DNA from: Candidatus Methanoperedens sp.
GTDB lineage: Archaea > Halobacteriota > Methanosarcinia > Methanosarcinales > Methanoperedenaceae
Assembly (NCBI GenBank): GCA_041494705.1
Contig: JBGQBI010000001.1
Span: 120,001-152,000, forward strand
DNA length: 32,000 nucleotides
Reading direction: 5' to 3'
Under the pieces are notes generated by a model. The model had not been told where the DNA came from. It searched no databases and saw only the letters and a list, made by a program, of their open reading frames with translations. The first letter of the stretch is position 1. Each line of letters begins with the position of its first letter. Below, piece after piece: positions 1-8,074 of this stretch. The translations under genes were made by a program, and so were the position numbers.

Positions 1-347
1 ATCCAGTCCTTTTTTGCCCCTTCATGACCTGGAAGATACGGCGGATTAAATATTATAATATCGAATTTCCCTTTAACACAGCTTAACAAATCGCCCCTGA
101 TTGCATCCACGCCATTTTCTTTCGTGCATGCCGCTGCGTATGGGTTGATATCAATACCTGTTATTTTTGCTTTTGTATTGGCTTTTATGACCGCGGAAAT
201 TATCCCGCTCCCGCAGCCTACTTCTAAAATCCTCTCCGAGTCTTTTATTTCTGATAATGCTGCCTCTGCGAGCAGGAAAGAGTCTTCGGAAGGTTCATAG
301 ACCGAATCCGTATATTTTATGACAGTATTTTTATAATGAATATTCAT
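1..347 (-). CDS. SAM-dependent methyltransferase, HemK-related/Mtq2-like (N-terminal ~115 codons; the rest runs off the window)
   Basis: Absent from the ORF track because the window edge truncates it. Reverse-strand ATG at 345-347. My translation, MNIHYKNTVIKYTDSVYEPSEDSFLLAEAAL...ILEVGCGSGIISAVI...GIDINPYA...FDIIIFNPPYLP, carries SAM motif I (EVGCGSG) and the NPPY motif of N5-glutamine/N6-adenine methyltransferases. Confidence 0.7.
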   Translation of the reverse strand, partial: MNIHYKNTVIKYTDSVYEPSEDSFLLAEAALSEIKDSERILEVGCGSGIISAVIKANTKAKITGIDINPYAAACTKENGVDAIRGDLLSCVKGKFDIIIFNPPYLPGHEGAKKDW

Positions 348-395
348 CGGGGGATTCTGACATTGGCTGTTAAACTGATAATGATATCCATGCAA

Positions 396-403
396 TTTAA
401 ATA
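396..403 (+). promoter_or_regulatory. candidate archaeal TATA box upstream of cdhA
   Basis: TTTAAATA matches the archaeal TATA consensus (TTTAWATA) in the AT-rich 348-558 spacer. It would imply a 5' UTR of roughly 130 nt. Motif match only. Confidence 0.25.
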
Positions 404-558
404 TAATGGATGATAATGATAAATACAAAAACGTTTAAGTACATTGATGTGAATTAGGGCTTAAAGCCATATCCGTCAATATCGGAAAATTATAATATTA
501 TGAGAATTAGTCTGGGTAGGAAAGCATGCCATGTAAATCTAATCATCGGAGATATTAA

Positions 559-2931
559 ATGATAGTTAAAAAAGGAAGTTTTGTAATAGAAGGATTGGAA
601 AACGTCCAGATAAATATTGGCAAAATCGGCGAGGGGCAGGAAGAAAAGGTAGAAGGGCCTACGCCCCGTCCCGACATTATCAGTCTTCGGAACTGGGATT
701 ACCGCCTCCTTGACAGGTACAACCCTGTTTATACACCCACAAGCGATTTGTGCGATTACTGCACGTACGGGAAATGCGACCTGACAGGCAACAAGGAAGG
801 GGCGTGCGGCATTGACCTTGAAGGGCAATCAGCAAGACAGGCGCTCATGACAAGTATAATGGGGGCGGCATGCCACACCGCGCACGGTCGTCATCTTCTT
901 CATTACCTGATAAAAAAATACGGCGAAGACCGCCTGATTGATGTCGGCCCGAGCAACCTTAAAGCCCCGCTTACCGAGACGATAATGGGTATCCAGCCGC
1001 AAACCATTGGCGACTTTCTCCCGGTACTTGATTATGTGGAAGAGCAATTGACCCAGCTTATAGCCGCAGCCAATACGGGACAGGAGGGTTCAGCCCGGGA
1101 TTTTGAGTCCAAAGCGCTTCATGCCGGGATGCTTGACCTCCTGGGAATGGAAGTGGCTGACATAATCCAGATTTCATGCATGGGGTTCCCTAAATCAGAT
1201 GAGAAAACACCTCTGGCAGAAGTGGGGATGGGCATTCTTGATTCCAAAAAACCGGTTGTAATATGCGTGGGACATAATATCGCTGCTCCGGCGTACATAC
1301 TGGATTACATGGACAAAGGCGGTCTTTTTGATAAAATAGAGATTGCAGGGTTGTGCTGTACCGCCCATGATATGACCCGTTATAACAAATCCGCAAAAAT
1401 CATCGGTTCCATGAGCAAGGAATTGAAATATATACGCTCAGGGATTCCCGATGTACTGGTCACTGATGAGCAGTGCGTAAGGGCTGATATATTGAAAGAA
1501 GCACAAAAACTTCATATTCCGGTAATTGCCACTAACGAAAAAATCACATACGGATTGCCTGACAGGTCAAATGACAGTGTTGATGTTATCATAGATGACC
1601 TTGTGAGCGGAAAACAGGCAGGGGTACTGCTTCTTGATTTTGAAAAAATCGGGGAACTCGTCCCTAAACTTGCAATGAAGATGGGACCAATCAGGAAAGC
1701 CAAAGGATTAACCGCTCTTCCGAATGATGAGGAATTCAAGAAACTTGTTTCAAAATGTACAAAATGCCTCCAGTGCACAAGGGATTGCCCGCAGAGCTTG
1801 CCAATATCAGATGCCATGGTGGCTGCCGTGAACGGCGACCTTTCGCCTTTTGAGATACTCCATGACAAATGCGTGGGCTGCGGACGGTGCGATTATAGCT
1901 GCCCTGTGGATATACCCGTACTAAATGTTATCGAAAAGGCATCGCAGCGCGTAATCAGGGAAGAAAAAGGCAAGGTGAGGATTGGAAGAGGACAGATAGG
2001 CGACCCCGAGATACGGGAGGAGGGGCGTAACCTTGTGCTTGGTACAACGCCAGGAGTGCTTGCTTTTGTAGGCTGCGGCAATTATCCCGATGGCACGAAA
2101 GATGTGTATGATGTTGTTGAAGAAATGATACAGCGCAGTTATATTATAATTACTTCAGGCTGCGCTGCCATGGATGTGGGAATGTATAAGGATAAGGAAG
2201 GAAAAACCCTGTACGAGCGCTACCCGGGAAGATTCATCAAGGGCAATCTCCTGAACACCGGTTCCTGCGTCTCGAACGCCCACATAGCAGCGACAACGAT
2301 AAAAGTGGCTTCGATATTTGCAGGAAGAAAGACAAAAGGCAACTGGGAAGAAATAGCAGATTATGTGCTTAACAGGGTCGGAGCCGTCGGGATAGCGTGG
2401 GGAGCCTATTCGCAGAAGGCTTTTGCGATAGCCACCGGATGCAACAGGCTCGGTATCCCTGTTGTTGCAGGACCGCACGGGACAAAGTACAGGCGCGCTT
2501 TCATTGGTAAACCTTACAGGAAAGAGGACTGGAACGTCCTTGACGGAAGGGACGGCTCGGTAATTAATGTCGAACCTGCACCTGAGCATCTGATGATTAC
2601 GGCCGAGACTAAGGATGAGCTTATGCCTCTTTTGGCGAAGCTGTGTTTCAGGCCAAGCGACAACAGCCTCGGGAGAGCCATCAAACTGACGCATTACATT
2701 GAACTCAGCGAGAAATACCTTAAAAAGATGCCAGACGACTGGCATATCTATGTCCGAAATGAGGCAGACCTTCCCGTGGCAAAGAGGGAGCAGCTATTGA
2801 AACTGCTTGAGGAAAAAGGATGGAAGATTGACTGGGAGAAGAAAAAGATAACCGAAGGGCCGCTTCGGAAAGTGGACGTTTCATTCCAGCCGACAAACGT
2901 CCCCCGCCTGTGCAAGGAGGTTAAGAAATGA
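559..2931 (+). CDS. cdhA: CO dehydrogenase/acetyl-CoA synthase complex, alpha subunit (CODH catalytic subunit)
   Basis: 790-aa ORF. GGAG sits 7 nt upstream of the ATG. N-terminal Cys cluster ([11 protein letters not shown]...GACG). Two ferredoxin-type 4Fe-4S motifs ([24 protein letters not shown]). Size and layout are typical of archaeal CdhA, and cdhB and cdhC follow directly. Confidence 0.95.
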   Translation: MIVKKGSFVIEGLENVQINIGKIGEGQEEKVEGPTPRPDIISLRNWDYRLLDRYNPVYTPTSDLCDYCTYGKCDLTGNKEGACGIDLEGQSARQALMTSIMGAACHTAHGRHLLHYLIKKYGEDRLIDVGPSNLKAPLTETIMGIQPQTIGDFLPVLDYVEEQLTQLIAAANTGQEGSARDFESKALHAGMLDLLGMEVADIIQISCMGFPKSDEKTPLAEVGMGILDSKKPVVICVGHNIAAPAYILDYMDKGGLFDKIEIAGLCCTAHDMTRYNKSAKIIGSMSKELKYIRSGIPDVLVTDEQCVRADILKEAQKLHIPVIATNEKITYGLPDRSNDSVDVIIDDLVSGKQAGVLLLDFEKIGELVPKLAMKMGPIRKAKGLTALPNDEEFKKLVSKCTKCLQCTRDCPQSLPISDAMVAAVNGDLSPFEILHDKCVGCGRCDYSCPVDIPVLNVIEKASQRVIREEKGKVRIGRGQIGDPEIREEGRNLVLGTTPGVLAFVGCGNYPDGTKDVYDVVEEMIQRSYIIITSGCAAMDVGMYKDKEGKTLYERYPGRFIKGNLLNTGSCVSNAHIAATTIKVASIFAGRKTKGNWEEIADYVLNRVGAVGIAWGAYSQKAFAIATGCNRLGIPVVAGPHGTKYRRAFIGKPYRKEDWNVLDGRDGSVINVEPAPEHLMITAETKDELMPLLAKLCFRPSDNSLGRAIKLTHYIELSEKYLKKMPDDWHIYVRNEADLPVAKREQLLKLLEEKGWKIDWEKKKITEGPLRKVDVSFQPTNVPRLCKEVKK

Positions 2932-3545
2932 CAAAAAAGGAGCACTTGAAACCTGCCGAAAAGACAGGCGGAAAACCAATTGAAAAACCCGTTGCCAAAA
3001 CTCTGGATAAACAGGAGGCTATCGATACTACCCGCCAGGCAGTACCATTTGACACAGGGAATATCCCCGGACCTAAGATGGCGCGTGCTGTAATGCCTGC
3101 CGTCCCGGGAAAAATGCTTGCCAAAGCAAAGCGACCTTTGCTGATAGTGGGTTCTGAAATCGAGGATAAGGATGTTCTGGCAAGAGTTGTCGCGATTGGA
3201 AAAACCGGAATACAAATAGCTTCCGTAGGCGACTCATATAAATATCTTGGTGATAAAGGTCTTGATGCCCATTACGCGAATATGCATGCCCTTGCGTCAT
3301 ACCTCTGCGACCCCGAGTGGCCGGGGCTTGACGGCAAAGGCGGATACGACCTTGTTGTGTTTTTCGGGATAACATATTATTATGCATCCCAGGCGATATC
3401 TGCACTCAAGAATTTCTCAAAAATCAGGGTTATATCTATCGATAAATACTATCATCCGAATGCGGATATGTCATTCGGGAACCTCAAAAAAGATGTATTC
3501 ATCGCGGCGCTTGATGAGGTCATAAAGGAGTTACCAAAAAGATAA
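2928..3545 (+). CDS. cdhB: CODH/ACS complex epsilon subunit
   Basis: The ATG overlaps the cdhA stop (ATGA), which suggests translational coupling. Position between cdhA and cdhC, and the ...[13 protein letters not shown]... core, fit CdhB. At 205 aa it appears to carry a roughly 35-aa Lys/Pro/Glu-rich N-terminal extension compared with the ~170-aa forms I remember. Confidence 0.85.
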   Translation: MTKKEHLKPAEKTGGKPIEKPVAKTLDKQEAIDTTRQAVPFDTGNIPGPKMARAVMPAVPGKMLAKAKRPLLIVGSEIEDKDVLARVVAIGKTGIQIASVGDSYKYLGDKGLDAHYANMHALASYLCDPEWPGLDGKGGYDLVVFFGITYYYASQAISALKNFSKIRVISIDKYYHPNADMSFGNLKKDVFIAALDEVIKELPKR

Positions 3546-3591
3546 AGACCCCGTATTTGAATACGGGTGCAAATAATACAGGACGGCAACC

Positions 3592-5001
3592 ATGGCAAAT
3601 GAATTTCCCTTTGAAATCTCACCCATGTTCGAGGGTGAACGAGTAAGAAAAGATGATATGTTCGTTGAGCTTGCAGGCCCCAAGTCCAGGGGATTTGAAC
3701 TTGTAAGGGCGGCTGGATTGGACGAGATAGAAGATGGAAAGTTTACACTTATCGGGCCCGACATTTCCGGGATGCAGGAGGGGTCACGGCATCCTTATGC
3801 AATGATATACCGAATCGCAGGAAAACTTGTTGAGGCCGACCTTGAGGCTATTGTGGAGAGGCGAAACCACGATTTCCAGAATTATATCCAGGGATACATG
3901 CACCTGAACCAGCGCTATGACGTATGGGTGCGGATTAACAAGGATGCCATTAAAAAAGGGCTCAAATCGTTTGAACAGGTAGCCAAAGCCACAATGATGC
4001 TGTTCAAGAACGAGCTGCCTTTTATCGAGAAAATAGAAGCCACATATATCACCGACCCTGAAGAAGTGGAAAAACAAAGAGAAGAGGCAATAAAAATCTA
4101 TGAGGCAAGAGATGCCAGGACGCGCGGGCTTCATGATGAGGATGTGGATGTGTTCTACGGTTGCACCCTGTGCCAGAGCTTTGCACCCACAAACGTATGC
4201 GTCGTGACGCCGGACAGGATTTCATTATGCGGCGCTATCAACTGGTTTGACGGGCGCGCTGCTGCCAAGGTGGACCCCGAAGGGCCGCAGTTCGCCATTC
4301 CCAAAGGCGAGATAATAGACAAGGTTGGCGGTGAATACTCTGGTGTTAATGAGAAAGCTGTAGCACTATCGGGCGGTGAGTATTCACGCATCAAGCTGCA
4401 CTCATTTTTTGAGTACCCTCACACAAGCTGCGGATGTTTTGAAGTGGTCGGTTTTTACATTCCTGAAGTGGACGGCATTGGATGGGTTGACCGGGATTTC
4501 AGCGGAACAGCCCCCAACGGGCTTGCTTTCTCGACAATGGCAGGACAGACAGGCGGAGGAAAGCAGATTATAGGTTTCCTTGGCGTGGGAGTGAATTATT
4601 TCCGCTCGCCCAAATTCATACAGGCAGACGGCGGCTGGGAGCGCGTAATCTGGATGCCAAAGAACCTCATGGAAAAAATCAAGGCGGATATACCTGCGGA
4701 ACTTATGGATAAGATACCTACGGAAGAGGATGTTACCGACCTGAAGGCGCTTCGTGATTATCTTGAGAAAAAGCAGCACCCGATTACCCAGCGCTGGGCA
4801 AAGGAAGAAGCAGCTGCGGAAGCCGCGCCCCAAGAGAGCGCTGCGGCGGCGCCTGCATGGTCTGTACCCGCCATGACAATGCCTGCCGGAATGCCCATGA
4901 TGCCGCAGTTCGGAGGCGGAGAGGGCGTGAAACTTGTTTTCAAGAATGCTAAAATCACCATCGACCGCATCGTACTCAAAGGCAAAGAGAAACAGAGTTG
5001 A
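3592..5001 (+). CDS. cdhC: CODH/ACS complex beta subunit (acetyl-CoA synthase, A-cluster subunit)
   Basis: 469 aa. It contains the Cys-Gly-Cys A-cluster motif (HTSCGCFEVVGFY) and upstream Cys ligands (YGCTLCQSF...CVVTPD...LCG). The Ala/Pro/Met-rich C-terminal tail is typical of Methanosarcinales-type CdhC. Confidence 0.95.
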   Translation: MANEFPFEISPMFEGERVRKDDMFVELAGPKSRGFELVRAAGLDEIEDGKFTLIGPDISGMQEGSRHPYAMIYRIAGKLVEADLEAIVERRNHDFQNYIQGYMHLNQRYDVWVRINKDAIKKGLKSFEQVAKATMMLFKNELPFIEKIEATYITDPEEVEKQREEAIKIYEARDARTRGLHDEDVDVFYGCTLCQSFAPTNVCVVTPDRISLCGAINWFDGRAAAKVDPEGPQFAIPKGEIIDKVGGEYSGVNEKAVALSGGEYSRIKLHSFFEYPHTSCGCFEVVGFYIPEVDGIGWVDRDFSGTAPNGLAFSTMAGQTGGGKQIIGFLGVGVNYFRSPKFIQADGGWERVIWMPKNLMEKIKADIPAELMDKIPTEEDVTDLKALRDYLEKKQHPITQRWAKEEAAAEAAPQESAAAAPAWSVPAMTMPAGMPMMPQFGGGEGVKLVFKNAKITIDRIVLKGKEKQS

Positions 5002-5010
5002 TTGAGAATT

Positions 5011-5044
5011 TTAACAGCGAACTAATACCAACTCGTACGAACTC
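5011..5044. repeat. 34-bp dispersed repeat, copy 1 (TTAACAGCGAACTAATACCAACTCGTACGAACTC)
   Basis: Identical to 6841-6874 except for one mismatch (C5029 versus G6859). Internally it is built from ~10-nt AACTnnTAC-like units. Confidence 0.9.
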
Positions 5045-5094
5045 CCGGCGGCGTGAGTTCGTATCAGTTAGTACGAGTTAGTTGTTGATTTTTT
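5020..5094 (+). terminator. long imperfect hairpin plus T6 tract between cdhC and cooC (terminator, attenuator or processing site)
   Basis: Perfect 9-bp core stem TACGAACTC (5036-5044) / GAGTTCGTA (5055-5063) with a 10-nt loop. The arms extend imperfectly to about 5020 and 5083. TTTTTT follows at 5089-5094, 18 nt before the cooC ATG. Confidence 0.4.
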
Positions 5095-5112
5095 CATTAC
5101 ACGATAATTCTT

Positions 5113-5862
5113 ATGAAAGTAATCGCAATTACAGGCAAGGGCGGAACAGGAAAAACAGCCGTAGCCGGGATGCTGATAAAACACCTGTCTTCAGGCAAAA
5201 AAACGCTGCTCGCCATTGACGCAGACCCGGATTCCAACCTGCCAGATGTGCTTGGCGTGAAAGTAGAAAAGACAATCGGCGACATGCGGGAATTCATGCT
5301 ACAGGAGCGCGATAAGATGCCTCCTGATACCAATAAGGAGAGGTTGCTGGAATCGAAAGTGTATGAGGTTCTCACTGAGATGCCGCATTATGACCTGCTG
5401 GTGATGGGACGGCCTGAGGGTGCTGGCTGCTACTGCTTTGCCAATAACCTCCTGCGCGGGATTATGGACAGGATTCTTAAGAACTATGACCTGACGATAA
5501 TCGACACGGCGGCAGGGCTTGAGCATTTGTCGAGGCGGATAATCCGCGATGTGGATGAACTGCTCGTGGTCACGGACGGATCGCGCCGCGGCCTCCAGAC
5601 TGCTGAGCGGATACGGGAACTGGCAAAGTCGCTGAATTTGAATATTAAAAAGATGCATGTGATAGCGAACAAGGTCACACCTGAGAACCGCGCAAGGATT
5701 GAGGAGTATGCGAGGGAGTTGAAGATGGACCTGGTGGGAGTTGTGCCTTTTGATGAGACGCTTGCGAGTTTTGACCTTGAGGGGAGACCGCTTGCGGAGT
5801 TGCCGGAGGATTCGGCTGCATTCCTGGGGGTCGGGGAGATTGCGAAGAGGATGGGGTTGTAG
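5113..5862 (+). CDS. cooC: CooC-type Ni-insertion accessory ATPase for CODH/ACS
   Basis: 249 aa. Deviant Walker A motif GKGGTGKT at the N-terminus, the CxC metal-binding motif (GAGCYCF), and a position directly after cdhABC. Confidence 0.9.
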   Translation: MKVIAITGKGGTGKTAVAGMLIKHLSSGKKTLLAIDADPDSNLPDVLGVKVEKTIGDMREFMLQERDKMPPDTNKERLLESKVYEVLTEMPHYDLLVMGRPEGAGCYCFANNLLRGIMDRILKNYDLTIIDTAAGLEHLSRRIIRDVDELLVVTDGSRRGLQTAERIRELAKSLNLNIKKMHVIANKVTPENRARIEEYARELKMDLVGVVPFDETLASFDLEGRPLAELPEDSAAFLGVGEIAKRMGL

Positions 5863-5913
5863 GGAAAAATAATCGAACACAAACATTGCGTTATTTTAAT
5901 CAACGATATCTAT

Positions 5914-5954
5914 TTAATGTCTAAATGTCATCTCTAAATGTTGATAGTAAATGT
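5914..5954 (+). promoter_or_regulatory. direct-repeat candidate operator of the vapBC operon
   Basis: TAAATGT occurs at 5922-5928, 5935-5941 and 5948-5954, at exact 13-bp spacing, with a TTAATGT variant at 5914-5920. The last copy overlaps the vapB ATG at 5951. Confidence 0.35.
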
Positions 5955-6184
5955 CCGAAGTAAAATATATCCAGAGCGAACTTGAAACGCATCTTTATTC
6001 ACAACTAAAAAAGACTGCTGAAAAGAAAGGCATTTCTATAAAAGAAGCTATAAGAGAAGCTGTGTTAGAGTGGGTCAGGGGTAAATCCGGTTTTGATCCA
6101 AAAGACCCCTTCTTCAAAATGCGTACTTTCCAGGCATCAAAAGACTTATCAGAAAAACATGATGAAATCTACAACGAGGACTGA
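5951..6184 (+). CDS. vapB: ribbon-helix-helix (CopG/VapB-like) antitoxin
   Basis: 77 aa. The N-terminal pattern (YIQSELETHLYSQLKKTAEKKGISIKEAIREAV) fits a beta-strand followed by two helices, as in an RHH fold. The stop lies 2 nt before the PIN-domain gene. Confidence 0.7.
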   Translation: MSEVKYIQSELETHLYSQLKKTAEKKGISIKEAIREAVLEWVRGKSGFDPKDPFFKMRTFQASKDLSEKHDEIYNED

Positions 6185-6186
6185 AT

Positions 6187-6597
6187 ATGCTTTTCGTGGA
6201 TACATCGGCTTTTCTCGCGCTTGTAAATGAAAAGGACAACAATCATGCCGCTGCGACCAGTTTTCTTGAAGAAATTAAGAATGGCAAGGTAAAGATAAAG
6301 AAAATAATAACTTCGGATTATATAATAGATGAGACCCTGACAAGAATTCGCTACACTGTGGGGCACAAGGAAGCGGTTGAATGGGGACAGGACATCATTG
6401 CGTCGAATGTTGTTGAGAAAATCGGGGTGGGACGGGAATTATTTGAGCCTGCATGGGAACTTTTTAAGACGTATGATGATAAGAAATTAAGTTTTACAGA
6501 CTGCACGAGTTTTGCTATAATGAAGACACGGGGCATAGAGAAGGTGTTTTCATTTGACGATGATTTTGAAAGAGTGGGATTCAAGCTTATGCCGTGA
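6187..6597 (+). CDS. vapC: PIN-domain ribonuclease toxin
   Basis: 136 aa. Acidic PIN residues occur in the expected order (MLFVDTSAF..., IIDET, SFTDC, FDDDF), and the gene is paired tightly with the upstream antitoxin. Confidence 0.85.
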   Translation: MLFVDTSAFLALVNEKDNNHAAATSFLEEIKNGKVKIKKIITSDYIIDETLTRIRYTVGHKEAVEWGQDIIASNVVEKIGVGRELFEPAWELFKTYDDKKLSFTDCTSFAIMKTRGIEKVFSFDDDFERVGFKLMP

Positions 6598-6742
6598 AGC
6601 ATTAACTTCCTGATGTTATCGCACGTATCGGTGTCATCTGTGCTATCCATCTGAGGCGTCACATATTTATTACATTTTAAATATTTAACCACAGGCGCCG
6701 GTATTGCCTCCAGACAACCGCCTCACATCAAAATTGAAAAAC

Positions 6743-6767
6743 CACAGAGCGCACAGAGGACACAGAG
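6743..6767. repeat. 3x tandem CACAGAG heptamer at 9-bp period
   Basis: CACAGAGcgCACAGAGgaCACAGAG, read directly from the sequence. Confidence 0.9.
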
Positions 6768-6840
6768 AAAAAAGATTGGGAAAAAAGTTTTGAGAATAGT
6801 TATTAAAGGAAGAGAAGAACCGTTAAAACAGGCACAAACA

Positions 6841-6874
6841 TTAACAGCGAACTAATACGAACTCGTACGAACTC
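6841..6874. repeat. 34-bp dispersed repeat, copy 2
   Basis: TTAACAGCGAACTAATACGAACTCGTACGAACTC. It has one mismatch to 5011-5044 and the same orientation. Confidence 0.9.
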
Positions 6875-6901
6875 TGAGTTAAATATTTTCAACTGTTCGG
6901 C

Positions 6902-7003
6902 GCGCCGATAGAAACCGATGCAGCCTATGCGTATCGGAAATATAAACCGCAGATAAACACAGATAAACGCAGATTTGCTGCATCGTATCTGAAGCATCGG
7001 CGC
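6902..7003. repeat. imperfect ~100-bp hairpin enclosing a 3x tandem AAACnCAGAT repeat
   Basis: The outer stem is GCGCCGAT (6902-6909) / ATCGGCGC (6996-7003) and the inner stem is CGATGCAGC (6916-6924) / GCTGCATCG (6977-6985). Between them lie AAACCGCAGAT, AAACACAGAT and AAACGCAGAT (6944-6974). Confidence 0.8.
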
Positions 7004-7049
7004 CAATAATTTAATATTAAAAAAGTGATATATTTGTGGCGCTTTTCAC

Positions 7050-7074
7050 CGCAAAGTTCGCAAAGACCGCAAAG
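7050..7074. repeat. 3x tandem CGCAAAG heptamer at 9-bp period
   Basis: CGCAAAGttCGCAAAGacCGCAAAG, read directly from the sequence. Confidence 0.9.
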
Positions 7075-7279
7075 CTGGGCGTATTTTAGTAATGCGCCAT
7101 GAGCGGCTTCACGCGACCGGGCGCCCCGCTTGAGCGCAGGACTGTCGCCTCCCGCACAAGGACGCAGGCGGATGCGGGCTTGTTCCGCACCTGTGGGCGG
7201 CGCACGTCTTGGCGCGTATGGAATAATTGACGGTTGAATTTGAGAGTTGTATTTTTATGAGAGTAGTGTAAACAGTATA

Positions 7280-7287
7280 TTTAAATA
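7280..7287 (+). promoter_or_regulatory. candidate TATA box for the 7314 gene (short-leader or leaderless transcript)
   Basis: TTTAAATA lies 27-34 nt upstream of the ATG at 7314, and no Shine-Dalgarno sequence is visible between them. Confidence 0.3.
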
Positions 7288-7313
7288 TGTAAACAAAATT
7301 ATATAAGGTAAAT

Positions 7314-7625
7314 ATGAAACCGTTTAGAAGACCTATTACAAAACTTGGGCGATGTCCATTATGCAAAGAACTTGTCTCGAAAAGAGTAAGACATAGTATT
7401 TTTGGAGATAATCCTATGTGGATTACTACAAACATGGGAGTTTTCCATAGGCATTGTTGGGAATTGCATAAAAAGAGTATTCCAACAAAGACCGAATCAA
7501 CAGCAACATTTTCAATGCCTCCATTTAAATTAGAAATAAAAAGGGAGAAAGAGGAAATAAAAACGGAAGACGAGAGGAAGGAGCAAAAAGAAAAAGATGT
7601 AAATGGGGAAAAAGGAAAAGGTTGA
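7314..7625 (+). CDS. hypothetical small zinc-finger-like protein with a Lys/Glu-rich tail
   Basis: 103-aa ORF. CPLC...HRHC could form a Cys2-His/Cys zinc site. The C-terminal third is highly charged (KREKEEIKTEDERKEQKEKD). Low GC. I recognise no family. Confidence 0.5.
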   Translation: MKPFRRPITKLGRCPLCKELVSKRVRHSIFGDNPMWITTNMGVFHRHCWELHKKSIPTKTESTATFSMPPFKLEIKREKEEIKTEDERKEQKEKDVNGEKGKG

Positions 7626-7649
7626 TAAGTTTCATAAAGGAGAGATTAA

Positions 7650-7991
7650 ATGGGCGATGAATTGTCGGCGGCAATATTTGGGGGGATAATTGGCGGTATT
7701 CTTGGCTGTGCTGGAACTATCATAACATCTTATTGGGGGCCGCGAAAGTTAGATGAATATAAGGAGAATCTAGCTGAAAAGCGACTTAATGGTCCGCGAA
7801 AAAGTAACCTGAAAAAGTTACTGGAGGATGATAAATTTAAGTGGCGCCGTCTTTCCACATTGGCTCGTGTAACTGGAACTAATCAAGAAGAATGTCGGCG
7901 ATTGTTGATAGAAATCGGTGCGAGAGGTTCACTCTCAGAAGGAGATGAAATGTGGGGATTGATAAGCCGTAATCCAATTGAAGAGCAATAG
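7650..7991 (+). CDS. hypothetical protein: N-terminal Gly-rich transmembrane helix plus a possible winged-helix C-terminal domain
   Basis: 113-aa ORF with GGAGAG upstream. AAIFGGIIGGILGCAGTIITSYW is hydrophobic. The C-terminal WRRLSTLARVTGTNQEECRRLLIEIGA resembles an HTH segment. I recognise no family. Confidence 0.5.
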   Translation: MGDELSAAIFGGIIGGILGCAGTIITSYWGPRKLDEYKENLAEKRLNGPRKSNLKKLLEDDKFKWRRLSTLARVTGTNQEECRRLLIEIGARGSLSEGDEMWGLISRNPIEEQ

Positions 7992-8074
7992 AATTTCCCG
8001 CGAAAGCCCCCGCCGCCCAAAAGCCGCACAATCGGAATATTTAAAATAATTGAGGTACTCTACACTCAGGTATC

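Noticed and set aside
490-2745. Several minus-strand ORFs (62-196 aa) inside and upstream of cdhA
   Set aside because: They are antisense to cdhA, show no recognisable motifs, and are typical shadow ORFs.
2928-3080. The N-terminal extension of CdhB as a mis-called start
   Set aside because: The ATG at 2928 overlaps the cdhA stop in a classic ATGA coupling arrangement, and the frame is open throughout. An internal start (for example MARAVMP...) cannot be excluded, but nothing in the sequence favours it.
6743-7074. The short tandem repeats as a CRISPR array or Borg-style perfect tandem repeats
   Set aside because: The units are only 7-11 nt and occur three times each, with 2-nt gaps rather than spacers. 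The copies are imperfect, no cas genes are present, and the surrounding genes are housekeeping chromosome content.
7094-7215. A tRNA or other canonical RNA gene in the GC-rich segment
   Set aside because: Neither strand has a GTTCRAnnC-type T-loop, a D-loop pattern or an acceptor/anticodon layout. The length and stems do not fit a tRNA. It is reported only as a speculative structured element.
7109-7435. 108-aa minus-strand ORF spanning the GC-rich element and the promoter and start of the 7314 gene
   Set aside because: Its C-terminal half (…AAHRCGTSPHPPASLCGRRQSCAQAGRPVA) is just the GC-rich segment read through. It overlaps a better-supported plus-strand gene start and has no RBS.
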